Origin: Octopus sinensis
Lineage: Eukaryota
NCBI RefSeq assembly: GCF_006345805.1
Contig: NC_043012.1
Location: forward strand, 14,694,001 to 14,758,000
Direction: 5' to 3'
Length of the DNA: 64,000 nt
Numbering within the stretch: position 1 is the first letter of the stretch; each line of letters begins with the position of its first letter. A program made the position numbers and the translations under genes. Positions 21,439 to 34,350 of the stretch are shown piece after piece. The notes beneath the pieces are model-generated. The model saw nothing but the letters and a program-made list of their open reading frames with translations. It had not been told where the DNA came from and did not search any database.

Positions 21439-21890
21439 ATATAGATAAATAAATAAATGGAGTTAAACGCAGGTGTTATTCAAATTCTTTTACTTCTGAC
21501 ATATGTTTCGAAGACAACATTGGCATTACTTCAGAAGGAATAAAATGGTGTAAAACAATGCAATCTTCTCATCAAGGAAAGAAAGAAACCAAACACATCA
21601 ATAAGACATTTTAACAGAATGTAATGACTTCTCTTTCTACAAACTACCTTTGACGTTATATCTACTAATGGTTTTTTAAAAGAAAACTTGCTCGTGTTCC
21701 CTTCATCCTTATACGCAGTCATCACATTCTGTTAAAATGTCTCATTGATGTGTTTGGTTTCTTTCTTTCCCTGATGAGAAGATTGCATTGTTTTACACCA
21801 TCTTATTCCTTCTGTCTTCGAAACATATGTCAAAAGTAAAAGAATTTGAATAACACCTGTGTTTAACTCCATTTATTTATTTATCTATAT
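21439..21890. mobile_element. Fold-back element: inverted arms 21439-21629 and 21717-21890, 87-bp spacer
   Basis: Arms near-identical apart from a 17-bp indel and a handful of substitutions. Confidence 0.8.
21771..21831 (+). ncRNA. Hammerhead-like motif within a fold-back arm (stem I poor)
   Basis: CUGAUGA-GAAGA(32 nt)UCUUC-GAA-ACAUAUGU-C; 8-nt palindromic stem III and GUC triplet. Confidence 0.4.
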
Positions 21891-21924
<34 letters not shown>

Positions 21925-22949
21925 GTGGCCTTTTAAAGCCTAGCCAGGCCCATGGGCCCGGTTTCCTGGTTTCAATGGCGTATGTGTTCCCCAGCTGGAC
22001 GGGACGCCAGTCCATCGCAGCATTACTCCTTTTTGCCAACTGAGTGGACTTGAGCAACGTGAAATGAAGTGTTTTGCTCAAGAACACAACACGTCGCCTG
22101 GTCCAGGAATCGAAACCACAATCTTACAATCATGATGCTGACACCCTAACCACTAAGCTCCGTGCCTCCACACACACATGTATATATATATATATATATT
22201 TGTATTTGCATTATAACTGAACCAAACAAAACCAAGTTTATTGATTGAGGGGCCTTTAGAAAAGTCACCCAATGAGACACATCTGCACCAAAGGATGTAC
22301 CACAACCAGTCATCCAGAATCTCACCCACAAGGGACCAATGCAAGGTGAGTTAAAACGATCATTATGATTAATAAAGAATCTCGTGAATTCCATGGTTGG
22401 TTCGAATCCCACTTCTGCCAATAATATTTTCAGCAGGGTGGTTAAAAAGTTTGCTTCCCACCCACATGGTTCTGAGATCATTCTCCTTATATGGCACCTT
22501 GGTCGAGTGTCTTCAACTTGAGCTCTGGTTCAACCAAAGTTAAGCAGATTTGATAGACAGAAGCAGAAAGAACTGTTGTGTTTTTAACCATACTGCCATG
22601 CCTGTGGCTAAAATATTATTGGCAGCAGTGGGATTCAAACCAATCAATTCAATGTTGCTCTTCTGAACAACAGTGGAATTGATGAAGGAAGTACATATCC
22701 AAGAGTGTGACTGTTGGTCATTTTGTTTTGGGGTATTTCTTTTTGCTTTCGTGTTTTTTTGGTTGTGAATGTGTTTGTAAAAATGGGTTTTCTTCTGATA
22801 AATGTGTTGATTTGTTTTTTAATTGGTGCTGTGATGGATTTTTTACCATCATATCTTAGGGCCTTCAATTTGGGCTAACCACTGTTTGCTTCAGATTCAG
22901 TTTTTCTCTTATCCCTGACAAAGGCCTTTTGGTGCAACGTCAATGAGGT

Positions 22950-23600
22950 CTTTGCTTTTGGGATGCCCAAGCGAGAGGAAAGAGGTTGATGTGAGGTAGT
23001 AGTTTTGTCCACACCTTGAGGAGTTGGTAGTGACGATGAAAAGTTTCATGCATTCTCCACTGCGGGGAATAAGACTTTGAGGTGACTCGTATTCCCACAC
23101 ACAAAGCACTTCATTTCTTTTCCCTTTTATATAAACAGGTATCTGTTTGCATTCCCTGAAACAGAAGAAAAATCAGGAATGTGATTTATTTCCTCTGGGG
23201 AACTACAATCTGGAATTCCAGTCCTACAGAGTTGTTGGGTGGGTTTCACCTCCACCATCTCCCTATGCTCTTCCAAAATGGCTAAAACTCTCGCCAGATC
23301 ATGGTGAACCCGCATGTTCTTGAATTCGAGTCAACCTTTTACCCATGTAATGGGGAATCATCACAAAGGCCTGGGACGTGCAAGTTATAATTGCCATTCT
23401 TCTGGCTTCTTGTTCACTGCTGCATACAACAGTTACCGTCCCAGACTGCTTACCTTTGCATAGATGTAGCAAAGAGGGCCACACATTTTGGAGGCATTTT
23501 TCAGTCTCTGCCAGAGTAGGAAATTTAAGTTTCCTCTCCTCGCAAGAAACACATTTGTAGACAATTGTTTATCGTTCAGAGGGGTCGCTTTCCACCGCAC
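22950..23600 (-). pseudogene. Frameshifted gag-like ORF1 remnant of a non-LTR retrotransposon with a CCHC knuckle
   Basis: TVTVVCSSEQEARRM...IPHYMGKRLTRI, then QIPVYIKG-x-MKCFVCGNTSHLKVLFP (CX2CX4HX4C with the last C lost, about 23108-23064). Confidence 0.55.
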
Positions 23601-23939
23601 ATAAGACCTGGTTGCAAAACGTCGCTTTTGTATTGCAGTGATTTAGTTTTCAAATCTTGAACTGAATGGACGGTCCATTAGCTAACTGACCTCGAATAAA
23701 ATAAAGCATTATTATGGTTCTTTATTCTATCGTTGCTGCTGCTGCTGCTGTTTTCTCACACAGTTACTATTGATAACTGCTTTGTTCTTTCCGCTGTTGT
23801 TATCGTTTTCAATCTTGTTCATGCTGCTGTTTTTTATCTTCTTCCTGTTATTGTTGATACAGTTGCTATTATTGTTGTCTCTATCTTTTGTGTTGTTGCT
23901 GTTGAGCGTAGCAGTCTTCGTCCGTAGTGGGAGAAGTCC

Positions 23940-24255
23940 GAAACGTGGTCCTTTGCTATTCATAAGACCCGCAGAAGAGAAAGCAGGTCAACCCCCGACA
24001 CCGAGAGCATCGACGGATGGATGAATGCGCATCTAGGCTCAGCAGTTGCGTAGGAAGTCGGGGACAAGAAACAGGAAGAAAGAGTGAAAGTTGGAGCGAA
24101 AGAGTACAACAGGGGTCGCCACCACCCCTTTCCGGAGCCTCGTAGAGCTTTAGGTGTTTTGCTCAATAAACACACACAACGTCCAGTTTGGGAATCGAAA
24201 CCGCGATCCTCTAACCGCGAGTCCGCTGCCCTAACCATTGGGCCATTGCGCCTCC
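23940..24255 (-). mobile_element. SINE family C, young copy
   Basis: Head GGAGGCGCAATGGCCCAATGGTTAGGGCAGCGGACTCGCGG with CpGs intact. Confidence 0.82.
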
Positions 24256-24382
24256 ACTGCTGCAGTTGCCGTTCACATTGTTGTTACTGCTGTTGTCATT
24301 GCCTTTATTGTTGTTTTCAGTCTTTGTTGGAACTGTGGCACATGTTACTACTGTCATATCAACAAGAGGAAATTCTATTTCT

Positions 24383-24787
24383 TATTTCTTTATTGCCCAC
24401 TAGGGGCTAACACATAAAGGGGACAAACAAGGATAGACAAACGGATTAAGTGGATTAGATCGACCCCAGTGTGTAACTGGTATTTAATTTATCAACCTCG
24501 AAAGGATGAAAGGCAAAGTTGACCTCGGTGGAATTTGAACTCAGAACGTAATGGCAGACGAAATACCTATTTCCTTACTACCCACAAGGGGATAAACACA
24601 GAGAGGACAAACGGATTAAGTCGAATATATCAACCCCAGTGCGTAACTGGTACTTAATTTATCGACCCTGAAAGGATGAAGAGCAAAGTCGACTTTGGCG
24701 GAATTTGAACTCAGAACATAAAGACAGACGAAATACCGCTAAGCATTTCGCCCGGCGTGCTAACGTTTCTGCCAGCTCCTCACCGCC
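24383..24787 (-). mobile_element. SINE family A dimer
   Basis: Same junction GAAATACCTATTTC at about 24560-24573. Confidence 0.85.
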
Positions 24788-25155
24788 TTCTCTTTCTCTT
24801 TGGCAAGAAATCAATTTTAAACTCAGCCATGGCTGCATTCAATGTTACAGCAATGTCAACAGAACGCAGCTTTCTGTCGATTATTATGATTTTCTAACAT
24901 TTTTTTTTTTTTAAAGTGGAGAAATAAATGAATTCTTGTCTTCAAAACAATCATTACTGAGTTACACTCCTGAAAAGGGTGGGTGGGTGGGTGTGCAATT
25001 ACACAAAAATGTTACCACTGCAATCCAGGCAAGGCAAGCAAAACAATAATTTTAAAATATATGACTGAACGGGCTGCAACCAGCTGAAACATTTGATTAA
25101 ACACTTACAAATCACAGAGCTCCAACTTTGTATGTCTCCACAGTATGGCAGCCAT

Positions 25156-25191
<36 letters not shown>

Positions 25192-25193
<2 letters not shown>

Positions 25194-25531
25194 GAGCAGT
25201 CAGAGAGTGCAAACCTCCGCCAAGGCAACACCAATGTCCTCTCAACGATTAGACAGTGATGGTTTTTAAAATGAGAATATCTGAAATAAACTTGACTGCT
25301 CTCACAAACAAGAATAGTAAAAATGAACCTGACTGCTCTCAAAATTTAAGTAAAAAAACAGGAAAAATTATCCAGAACCAGATCAAACCCAAAATCTAAT
25401 CAGTTTGTGCCAGTCACGACGCCAAACATCCCTGAAAGTTTCATCCAAATCCATCCAGCGGTTCTTGAGATATCTTGTCCACGGACAAACAAACAAGACT
25501 GAAAACAATACCTCCACCAAGGCGAAGGTAA
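25192..25531 (+). mobile_element. Helentron-associated (HINE/DINE-1-like) non-autonomous element
   Basis: Starts AAGAGCAGTCAG..ACCTCCGCCAAGGC; (ACAA)n microsatellite; 3' palindrome ACCTCCACC-AA-GGCGAAGGT. Confidence 0.55.
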
Positions 25532-26164
25532 TAATAATAATAATAATAATAATAACAACAATAATATCAATTTTTATTTTTACATAGGCATGACACTCCA
25601 TATTTTTAGGTGATGGGAGAATGAGAATAACAACATGTATGCCTTTGCCATAGGCATTTTGCAATGTAATTAAAATGGTACCAACAAGAAATTGAAACCA
25701 GAATGCAAGTTCGGCTCACCAAGAACTTACTACCACATCACACCATGATAGTTACTAACAATAATAAAAAAATTTATTTCAAATTCCCCTGAGGTAATTG
25801 TATTATAAGAGCTAATACTGATTAAATCAACACACGCCCTCAACATATCATCTATACATCTCTCATTAAATTCTCACAATCACACTTGCTTCCCCAGAGG
25901 AATGAAAAAAAAAAAAAATGTAAGCTGGCCTAAATGAGACTTAAACTTAGAACAATATCCTTGTCATCTCTGAGCAGGTTAAATAGCAGCGATCTTTTAC
26001 CTTTCTTTTTGTGTGTGTGTTGGTCTGAAATATTCACTGAACAACAAATTACTTAACTGACACTGTATATAATATTTCTAGTCCAGTAGTTTACTGTAGT
26101 GGTCATATCTACCATTATTGTGGCAATAATAATAACAACAACAATAATAATAATAATAATAATA

Positions 26165-26790
26165 GTTTCAAATTTTGGGGAGAGGAAAAGTCAATGACAT
26201 CAACTCCAGTTTTCAACTGGTACTTATTTTAATGACCCCAAAAGGAGGAAAAACAAGGTCAAACCTCAGAGGAATTTGAACCTAGAATATAAAACTAGAG
26301 GAAATGCCACTAAGTGCCCAGCGTGCTAACGAATCTGCCAGCTCATCACTTTGATGATAATAATAACCTTTTCTACTAAAGGCACAAAGCCTGAAATTTT
26401 AAGTGGGAGGGGACTAATCGATTACATCGACCCCAGGGTTTCACTGGTACTTAATTCATAAACCCCAAAAAGATGAAAGAAGGCAAAGTCAATCTGAGCA
26501 GAATTTGAACTCAGAACTTAAAGATGGACAAAATGCCATCAAGCATTTTGCCTGGCATGCTGCTAACAATTCTGCCAAATTTTAGCACAAGTCCTGCAAT
26601 TTCAGGGGAGGAGGTAACTCAATTAAATCAACCCCAGTGCTCAACTGGTATTTATGCCAGCTCAATAATAATAATTTCTAACACAGGCACAAAGCCACAA
26701 ATATCAACCCCAGTATTTGACTGGCACCTTATCTTGTTGGCCTCAGGAGGATGAACATCACAGTTAATTTCGGTGGGATTTGAACTTGGA
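26165..26790 (-). mobile_element. Cluster of degenerate family A SINEs
   Basis: Repeated GAATTTGAAC.CAGAA / GGCAAAGTC motifs. Confidence 0.7.
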
Positions 26791-28164
26791 ATTTTTGCAA
26801 TGAATATGATGGATAGATGTCCCAAATGATTTGATCACTGGGTTACCAAAGGAAGTTTTCAACTTATGTTGCATCCAAAATAAGTCAGCTTTGTACAGTC
26901 CATTCTTCTTTGAGCTATCCTCATGATAGAATTTAAGCCTCACACTTAAAAGCTAACCAAACTCGGGCAAATTGTTGCATTCAGCTCCAGCTTAGGCCAT
27001 TTGGAGTTAAATATATTTATCAAAGACACAGTACAAGTGACAAGTTAGAAACCATAGAATTTTCAATCACCAAACTGACATCATTGCTGACCCAGGCAGC
27101 TGGAGCAGCAGTAGATGAAATTTTTCAGTTTATTAAGCGGGAAGGATTGTATCTGGATATAAATTCACACCACAAAAGTTACTGCCCCTATACACAATAA
27201 CTGCTAATAAACATTCAATACACTAATCATCATCATCATTTAATGTCCGCTTTCCATGCTAGCATGGTTTGGACGATTTGACTGAGGTCTGGCGAACCAG
27301 ACTCCAATCTGATCTGGCAGAGTTTCTACAGCTCGATGCCCTTCCTAACGCCAACCACTCCAAGAAGACCACAATGCTGTTAATTATGTCTAAAAGCAGT
27401 AGACTTTTCACTAGCACAAGGTAATAAAAGGGTGGTTTTTCTAGCCATTATTAACATTCAGTATACAGGCCTGTACTGTGTGTATTTGCATAAAGAGTAA
27501 ATCCAACGGACTTCCACACAGTTTCCACTTGTTTGATTTCATTCGCAAGACATGAGTCCATCCAAGCCTGACACTCATCCAAGATGTCACATACTGGTAT
27601 TGAACCAGAGACTTCATGATTGTGAAACAAACTTCTTAACTATTCGGTCATGTTTATTATGTCCTCTACCTGTATTTCAAACAGGGGATTAGACTAAGGA
27701 TACTGGTGTCAAGGAAATAATCAAACCTCTTAGAATTTGATACGTAGATAATCCAGTTGACCAAACTACTGGAATGCTGGTACACATGTCTGTGGAATAC
27801 TCAATCACTTAAGATGCTAATTCAAATGATCAAATAACTGAGATATTCATTGTTGGAAATGATAGAGACTCAGTAACTGACTTTCAGTTGTATGCACAGG
27901 CTTGAGTACCTATGCGTATTTTATGCATCTAAGATGAAGCAGAGTTCAGAGAATCATAGATCGAAACCTGGGTTATGCTATAGCAATAGAGGCGTGTACA
28001 CACATACACACAGTACCTTCCTAAGTTTATAAGGTACCTAACTATTTGAAACTTACTGAGAAAGCTCCAGCATCATTCTAAACAAATACAATCAACCCAA
28101 ATCAATATCAATGCTATTATGGCCAATATATATATATGTTTCTCTCCTTGTTGTTTCTGTGTCC

Positions 28165-28200
28165 CTTTCTGTAGAAGAGCATAGGCTCGAAACGTAAAAG
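28165..28200 (+). ncRNA. Hammerhead-like motif with variant core (CUGUAGA)
   Basis: CUUU-CUGUAGA-A-GAGC(AUAG)GCUC-GAA-ACGU-A-AAAG. Confidence 0.5.
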
Positions 28201-28630
28201 ACTTTTTCTATTCCTGAGCGTTATACTAAAATATCTGTTTGTTTTGTACACCACCTGTCTTCGTCTTTTGTTTTTTTTGTAAACTCTCCCTATATATATA
28301 TATATATATATATATACAAACAGATGATAAAGATAGACATGTATATAATACAGACATATATTACATATACATTCCTACGGGTGACTTAGATAAAGTACTT
28401 AAAAGTAACTCTGAGAGTAAATAATAATTTTTAATCCATAATCATTAATCCAACAAAATACATTCTGTTTGACCCATGGTTCATTGGGAAGTAAGGAGCA
28501 ACATTTAGGAAGAGCTAATTTAATGAGATCTTCCTAAATTTTGTTCCTTAGTCCTCGATGAGCCATTGGCAAAACTATATTTTGTTGGCCTAATGATCCT
28601 CGATTAAATATTTCTATATTTTATATATAT

Positions 28631-28687
<57 letters not shown>

Positions 28688-28709
28688 GATTTATATTTTG
28701 AGCAACAAT

Positions 28710-28910
28710 CAATAACCCAAAATGATAAAATATTTATTTAGCAATTAGTTTTTTTTGTTTTGATTTAATGCTTTCCATAGACTCACCAATGGCTGCGACA
28801 GAGTTTGCAGTCAGTCAACATTACAAGTTGATGATTTCTGCTTCCATTTTTGAATGTTACAAAAATTACACAACTAAGTGCCAAACAAAACACTACAATA
28901 GATTATTATT

Positions 28911-28942
<32 letters not shown>

Positions 28943-30052
28943 CATCATTATTATTATTATTATTATGTATTATTATTATGTATATTTCTACTACTACTGG
29001 CTTAATTGCAAGTTTGTTACTCCTAGATAACCTAATGTAACTGTATTTTGAACTTCATACCACAGCACACACTGGCAGAATCACCAACTACAGAACTTCT
29101 TTTAAGGATTTTAAACATCGCTGCATGTTATGATCTAATGTCTGACTCTTGAATATAAACTTATGTATCTTCACAAATATTGTTCACATAATCTTCTCTA
29201 CAACAAAATATTTATCACATCTTGTTCAAATTCCTTAATTACAACCCTGAATGATTTTAAATAAGATGAGCAGATGGATCAAGACAAACAAAAGAGTTAA
29301 TGTAATAATAATTTAAATATTCCTCACAGACTTCAGAAAATAAAAGATTCCCACAATATCTTAAAATTATTCTGGTTTCATGGAGGGGAGATGGGTATTT
29401 TCTTTATTTATTTGTGTTTTTTGTTAAATAAGCTTATTCAAACAGCCTTTGTAAAAGACAAGTTCTGTTAATATAGTGGAGACTTGGAAGCTGTACATGT
29501 CATCATTTAAATAGTAGAAATAACAAAGACTCACTAAATCAAATCAAGAAATATTTACATCAAAAATGTTAAATAAAAACTTCCAGTAGTCTATAACATG
29601 TTTTGGTAGAGATTTTTATCTCTGGTCACGATTTTAATAAAATCCATTCCTCATTTGATTCTCTTCAAATTACCCTTCAACATTATTAGTAGTTCATTTA
29701 TTTGTTTCTGATGCAATGTCCAAGCATCAAACCCTGTATTGCGAAACAGGGAGGAAATGAAAGAGATAAACTACCAGCACCTGTGATCACTGTTGCTTTA
29801 GAAGTCTCAAACAAGACAGAACATTATTTCAAACAAGTATGTATATATATATATAGAGAGAGAGAGAGAGTGAGAGAGAAGGGGGGTAGCAAGACAGACA
29901 GACAGAAAGAGAGAGAAGAAGAAAGAAAGAGCAGTAAAGAAGTATACTAAGAGATCAAAAAGTGACTCGTCTTACTTTGGAAAAGTAAAATGAAGAAACA
30001 TTTACAAAGGAAACCATGGAAACAGTAACATTACCATCATGAATATTTCTTA
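28710..30052 (-). other. Probable ZC3H4 3' UTR (end uncertain)
   Basis: Transposon-free AT-rich stretch after the stop. Minus-strand AATAAA candidates at about 29697-29702, 29403-29408 and 28733-28738; ATTAAA at 28764-28769. Confidence 0.35.
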
Positions 30053-31559
30053 TCAACAAAATGGAGATGCAGTGGGGTCGATAATTTTGAATAAATCTTT
30101 TAACTTGGGTTGATCTGGAGGAAGTACAGGAGGGTATTGTTGTAGTGGCCCACTCGGTTGCATTTGAGGGGGGAAATTTGAAGGGGGGTCAGATGTGGAA
30201 GGATGATTAGCAACATCTCTGGGATCAAGAGAACCATGTGTAGTGTCATTACCTCCACTAGAATGAGGCTTACCAGAAGGTAAAGCTGGAGGCCCAGAAT
30301 CAGGTCCACCTGTCCACATTTTATTATTATTATTATTGCCACTCATTTGCCGATTGGCATTAGGAGGCCTGTTATAACTATTATATCCAGAATTTGGTTC
30401 AGGTTTGTCTGCTTCTGTACCTAATGGTGAACTATACTCCATGTTAACTTTACGCTGTCCAGTAACCTTTCGAATAGGCGGTAATGAGCTACCACTTTCA
30501 CCAGCAGGTTTCCGTTTAAAGCGAGGGTCATTTCGATGATCTAATTTCGGCTGCGACACCTCTGCACCACTTGAGTCTGACTGTTCAGTTTTGCTTTGAC
30601 TTTCCTTTGGATTGCTTGGTCGTACAGGATGAAGGGGAGCAGGTGTTTCTTGCGTACGAGGACCTCGTTTCTCGTTAGCAGAATCTACAGGTGGTCTTGG
30701 TACAGCTGGATTTGGCATTTGTGCCAGCATTGGGGGTAGGTTTTGTTCAGCAACAGGTGACTGCTGTTTGTTGGCTCTGGGATCATTCGATGCTCGTCCA
30801 GGAAATGGTTTGGATGACTCTTGTTTTAATCTTCGAGGATCAAGTGGCCGAGAAGGTCCAGCTGAACCTGGTTGTAGTCTCAGCAATCTTGGATCCAAAG
30901 GTTTTGTAGGTGGAAACTGGTCAGGTCCACCTCGGGAAATGCGTGGGTCTGCAGGTTTATTTGGTTCTGTATTGTCTTTATCTTCAACCTTTTTACTTAC
31001 AATACGAGAATTAGGAGGCAGTATTCTTGTCCTGCGGGGATCTTGAGGCCTTTTGGATGTTGAAGATGCAGCTGCTGTTGAGGTAATAGGTGGTAGGTTT
31101 ACAGGAGGTAATGTTGGCATCGGTAAGTCATCAACAGTAGTATCTTTACCAGGACGATTTGGATTAGGCACAACAAATGATTTGATTAAGTTTTTATCAG
31201 GATCACCTGGTAGAATTTTTTGCTTCAAGGACTCAGGAGGATTACTCAGATGTTTTTGTATCCGGGGATCATCTTTATATTTAGAATGAAATACATCGAT
31301 GGTAGCTGAAAGTGGTATTTTGTAAGTGGAAACTTCATACAGTCGATAAACAATCTCACCAGGGGGAGTTGAAGGAACAACAACAAAGTCTTGAGGAACA
31401 GGAACTGAAGAAGGTGGGCTGGTTTCTGTTACTGCAGGTTTACTAGATATCAATCGTGGGTCAGTTTTCACAGGTGCTGCTGCAGTTGATGGTGATTTAC
31501 TATCACTTGAAGAAGTTGTAGCTTTTGTTATCTGTAGGCGAGGGTCTCTTCTGGCCGAA
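30053..31559 (-). CDS. ZC3H4: ZC3H4 terminal coding exon (DPR-rich C-terminal region)
   Basis: tttttatag acceptor; SARRDPRL...KTDPRL... continuing into the 472-aa track ORF and ending [20 protein letters not shown]. Confidence 0.95.
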
Positions 31560-34311
31560 CTATAAAAATACCAACAAAATTATTAGCAAGTTTTTACCAA
31601 TCGCAAACTGGAAATCATAAATTCATCTTGAAATAACAATGTGTAACAAATTTCGATTTTTTTATTTTTTGTCTTTGGTCAGTGTTATTCCCTGCTGACT
31701 TCTACCTAGAAATCAAAGGAAATTACTACTATTCCCTTCAAACTTTGCTTTTCTTATCTGGACATCAATGTTTTGAAACTGACCATTACATTACAGATTC
31801 AGCATTGAGTTGCTGAAGCAAAAATACTGTTACAGCAAATATTCTGCTCAATGCCACAGATTTGCTTGTCAATTGCTTGAGAATGTCCCTTAGTGGCTGA
31901 CAATATGGGCATCTCTCAATCAAGAGCAGGAGTTGTTGGGGAGCATCATAGCCATGTGTTGAGAGCGATACCTTGGGGTTTGAATAAATGTAACAAAAGC
32001 AAAGTTTGAAGGAAATGTTAGCCATTTCTCATACTTTCCAGGGGTAAGCAATTAGGAAATAACAGTTGCTACCCAAGGACAAAATTCAGGTCACACAGTG
32101 TAATTTTTTATAAATAACATAAAACGCAAAAGAAGTAAAACTTTCTTATAAGAAGTGACGTCATAAAATAATGAGTCCTTTCATACTCTTGTAGTTTTAG
32201 TTGGGTTTAGAGAATTGTTTTGCCCCAGGAAACAATGAAATGTTCTCGGTTAGATATAATCTAATGACCTGAGAGAAAGGAGTTTGATATTTCATTCGGT
32301 CAGGCAAATGTTGCAGCAATTTAACTACTACAAGTGTTACAAGAAGCATTGTTGATATCGTTAATATTTAGAGGACAGAATCTCAATCTTTTATTTTTTA
32401 AATTTGCAGTCTTAATTGGCAATTAAACAAAAGTGACGACTGCACTTTGCATGGTAAGTTAAAAATTGCTGAAAACAATTTGCAATAGAAAGTTTAAAAA
32501 CAAAAATACTGCTTTCTTTGTCTCATTAACTCCGTAAAGAGGAGTTGATAGGGGTGGCACATTTGAGGCATATATGTGTCCCAACCAGTGGATTTAGGAC
32601 AACAGATTCAAACAGAAAAAGAAAGAGATGGAGAGGGAGAACTGTAAGACTCACTACACTGAACCAAGGTTTATTTTTATCAATTATGTGATCACTGACA
32701 GAGCAGCTAACTGGCTTCCGTGCCAGTGGCACTTAAAAGGCACCATTCGAGCGTAATCGTTACCAGCGTTGCCTTACTGGCACTCGAGCCCCGTGCTAGT
32801 AGGGTATTAAGAGCACCATCCGAGTGTGATTGTTGCCAGAGCGGCTATCTGGCCTCCGTGCCAGTGGCACGTAAAAGACGCCATTCGAGCATGATCGTTA
32901 CCAGCATCGCCTTACTGGCACCTGTGCTGGTGGCATGAGTAAAGGATTTGAGCGAGGTCGTTGCCAGTACTGCCTAACTGGCACGTAAAAGCACCCACTA
33001 CACTCTCAGAGTGGTTGGCGTTAGGTAGGGCATCCAGCTGTAGAAACTCTGCCAGATCAAGATTGGAGCCTGGTGCAGCCATCTGGTTCGTCAGACCTCA
33101 GTCAAATTGTCCAACTCATGCTAGCATGGAAAGCAGACGTTAAACGATGATGATGATGATGATTATTATTTTCCCAACATGAATAGTGACACTCTGTCAG
33201 TTACATTGACAAAGGTTCCAGTTGATCCGCAATTAACATACACACGGCTGAGCACTCCACAGTCACACGTGTCCCCTTAACGTAGTTCTCAGGGAGATTC
33301 AGCTTGACACAGAGAGTGACAAGGCTGGCCCCTTTGAATATACAGGTACAACTTATTTTCACCAGCTGAGTGGACTGGAGCAACAGGTGTGTCTTGCTCA
33401 AGGAGACAATGCATCACTGGGAATTGAACTCACAACCTTACAATCGTAAGCCAAATACCCTAACCACCAAGCCATCCATGCCCCTTCCCAACGTAAACAG
33501 CACAAAAGAAACAAGTAAGAAATAAGTAAATACCTTGTGTTTGAGGTAGATGAGGCTGCACTGCCAGCAGCTGACGCAGCAGATGTAGCAGTAGATGAAC
33601 TAGGACAAGTACTAGTGCTAACACTACTACTATTATTATTACTACTACTACTATTACTGTTATTACTAGTAGTAACTATTGTACTAGTAGTAGAGACTGT
33701 TGTTTGTGATGATCCGCCTGCTCCTGCAGATGTGACCGCCGGCTGCCCCCGGATAGCATTAATCATTTGCATGATATTTAAAGTGGAGCTGTTGGAAATG
33801 TCAGGCTGGGGTTGAACTGGTGGTTCAGGAGGCTAAGAAGAGACAGAATAAAAAATTGCTTAAAAAGCCATGAAACATACAATATGGAAGATAGAGTTTA
33901 GCATGCATTTAGTTCTTCATCCAGACAAATAATATTTTCAACACAAACTATTTGGTGTCTTTGTTATACTGATTGCTTACACCAGTAAAAGTCTACAAGT
34001 TACAAAGAAACAACAGAGAATCACTGTGTGGTTAAAAAGCTTGCTCCAGAACCAAGTGGTTCCGTGTTCAATTTCAATATGTGGCACCTTGAGCAAGTGT
34101 TTGTTTTTTTTTTAACATAGACTCAAGGTGGCCAACACCAGAAGAATTTGGTGCACAGAATATGTGTAAAAGGCAGTCATGTGTACATGTGTTTGTGAAA
34201 TAGTCATTGTATAAAAAAATAGGAAGGACAAAAGAAACTGGCAAAGGGTCAGAAACTGGGCTGGGGTATACTGGAGGAGAAGGAGGTGAAGTAGCTAAGA
34301 AAGGAGGGAGC

Positions 34312-34350
<39 letters not shown>

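Noticed and set aside
24170-24255. tRNA-like sequence with A and B boxes (also at 13937, 15327, 21031)
   Set aside because: No acceptor stem closure or terminator; continues into a repeated SINE body, so these are SINE heads, not tRNA genes.
30100-31289. Several overlapping ORFs on + and in other frames
   Set aside because: Shadow ORFs of the ZC3H4 terminal exon.
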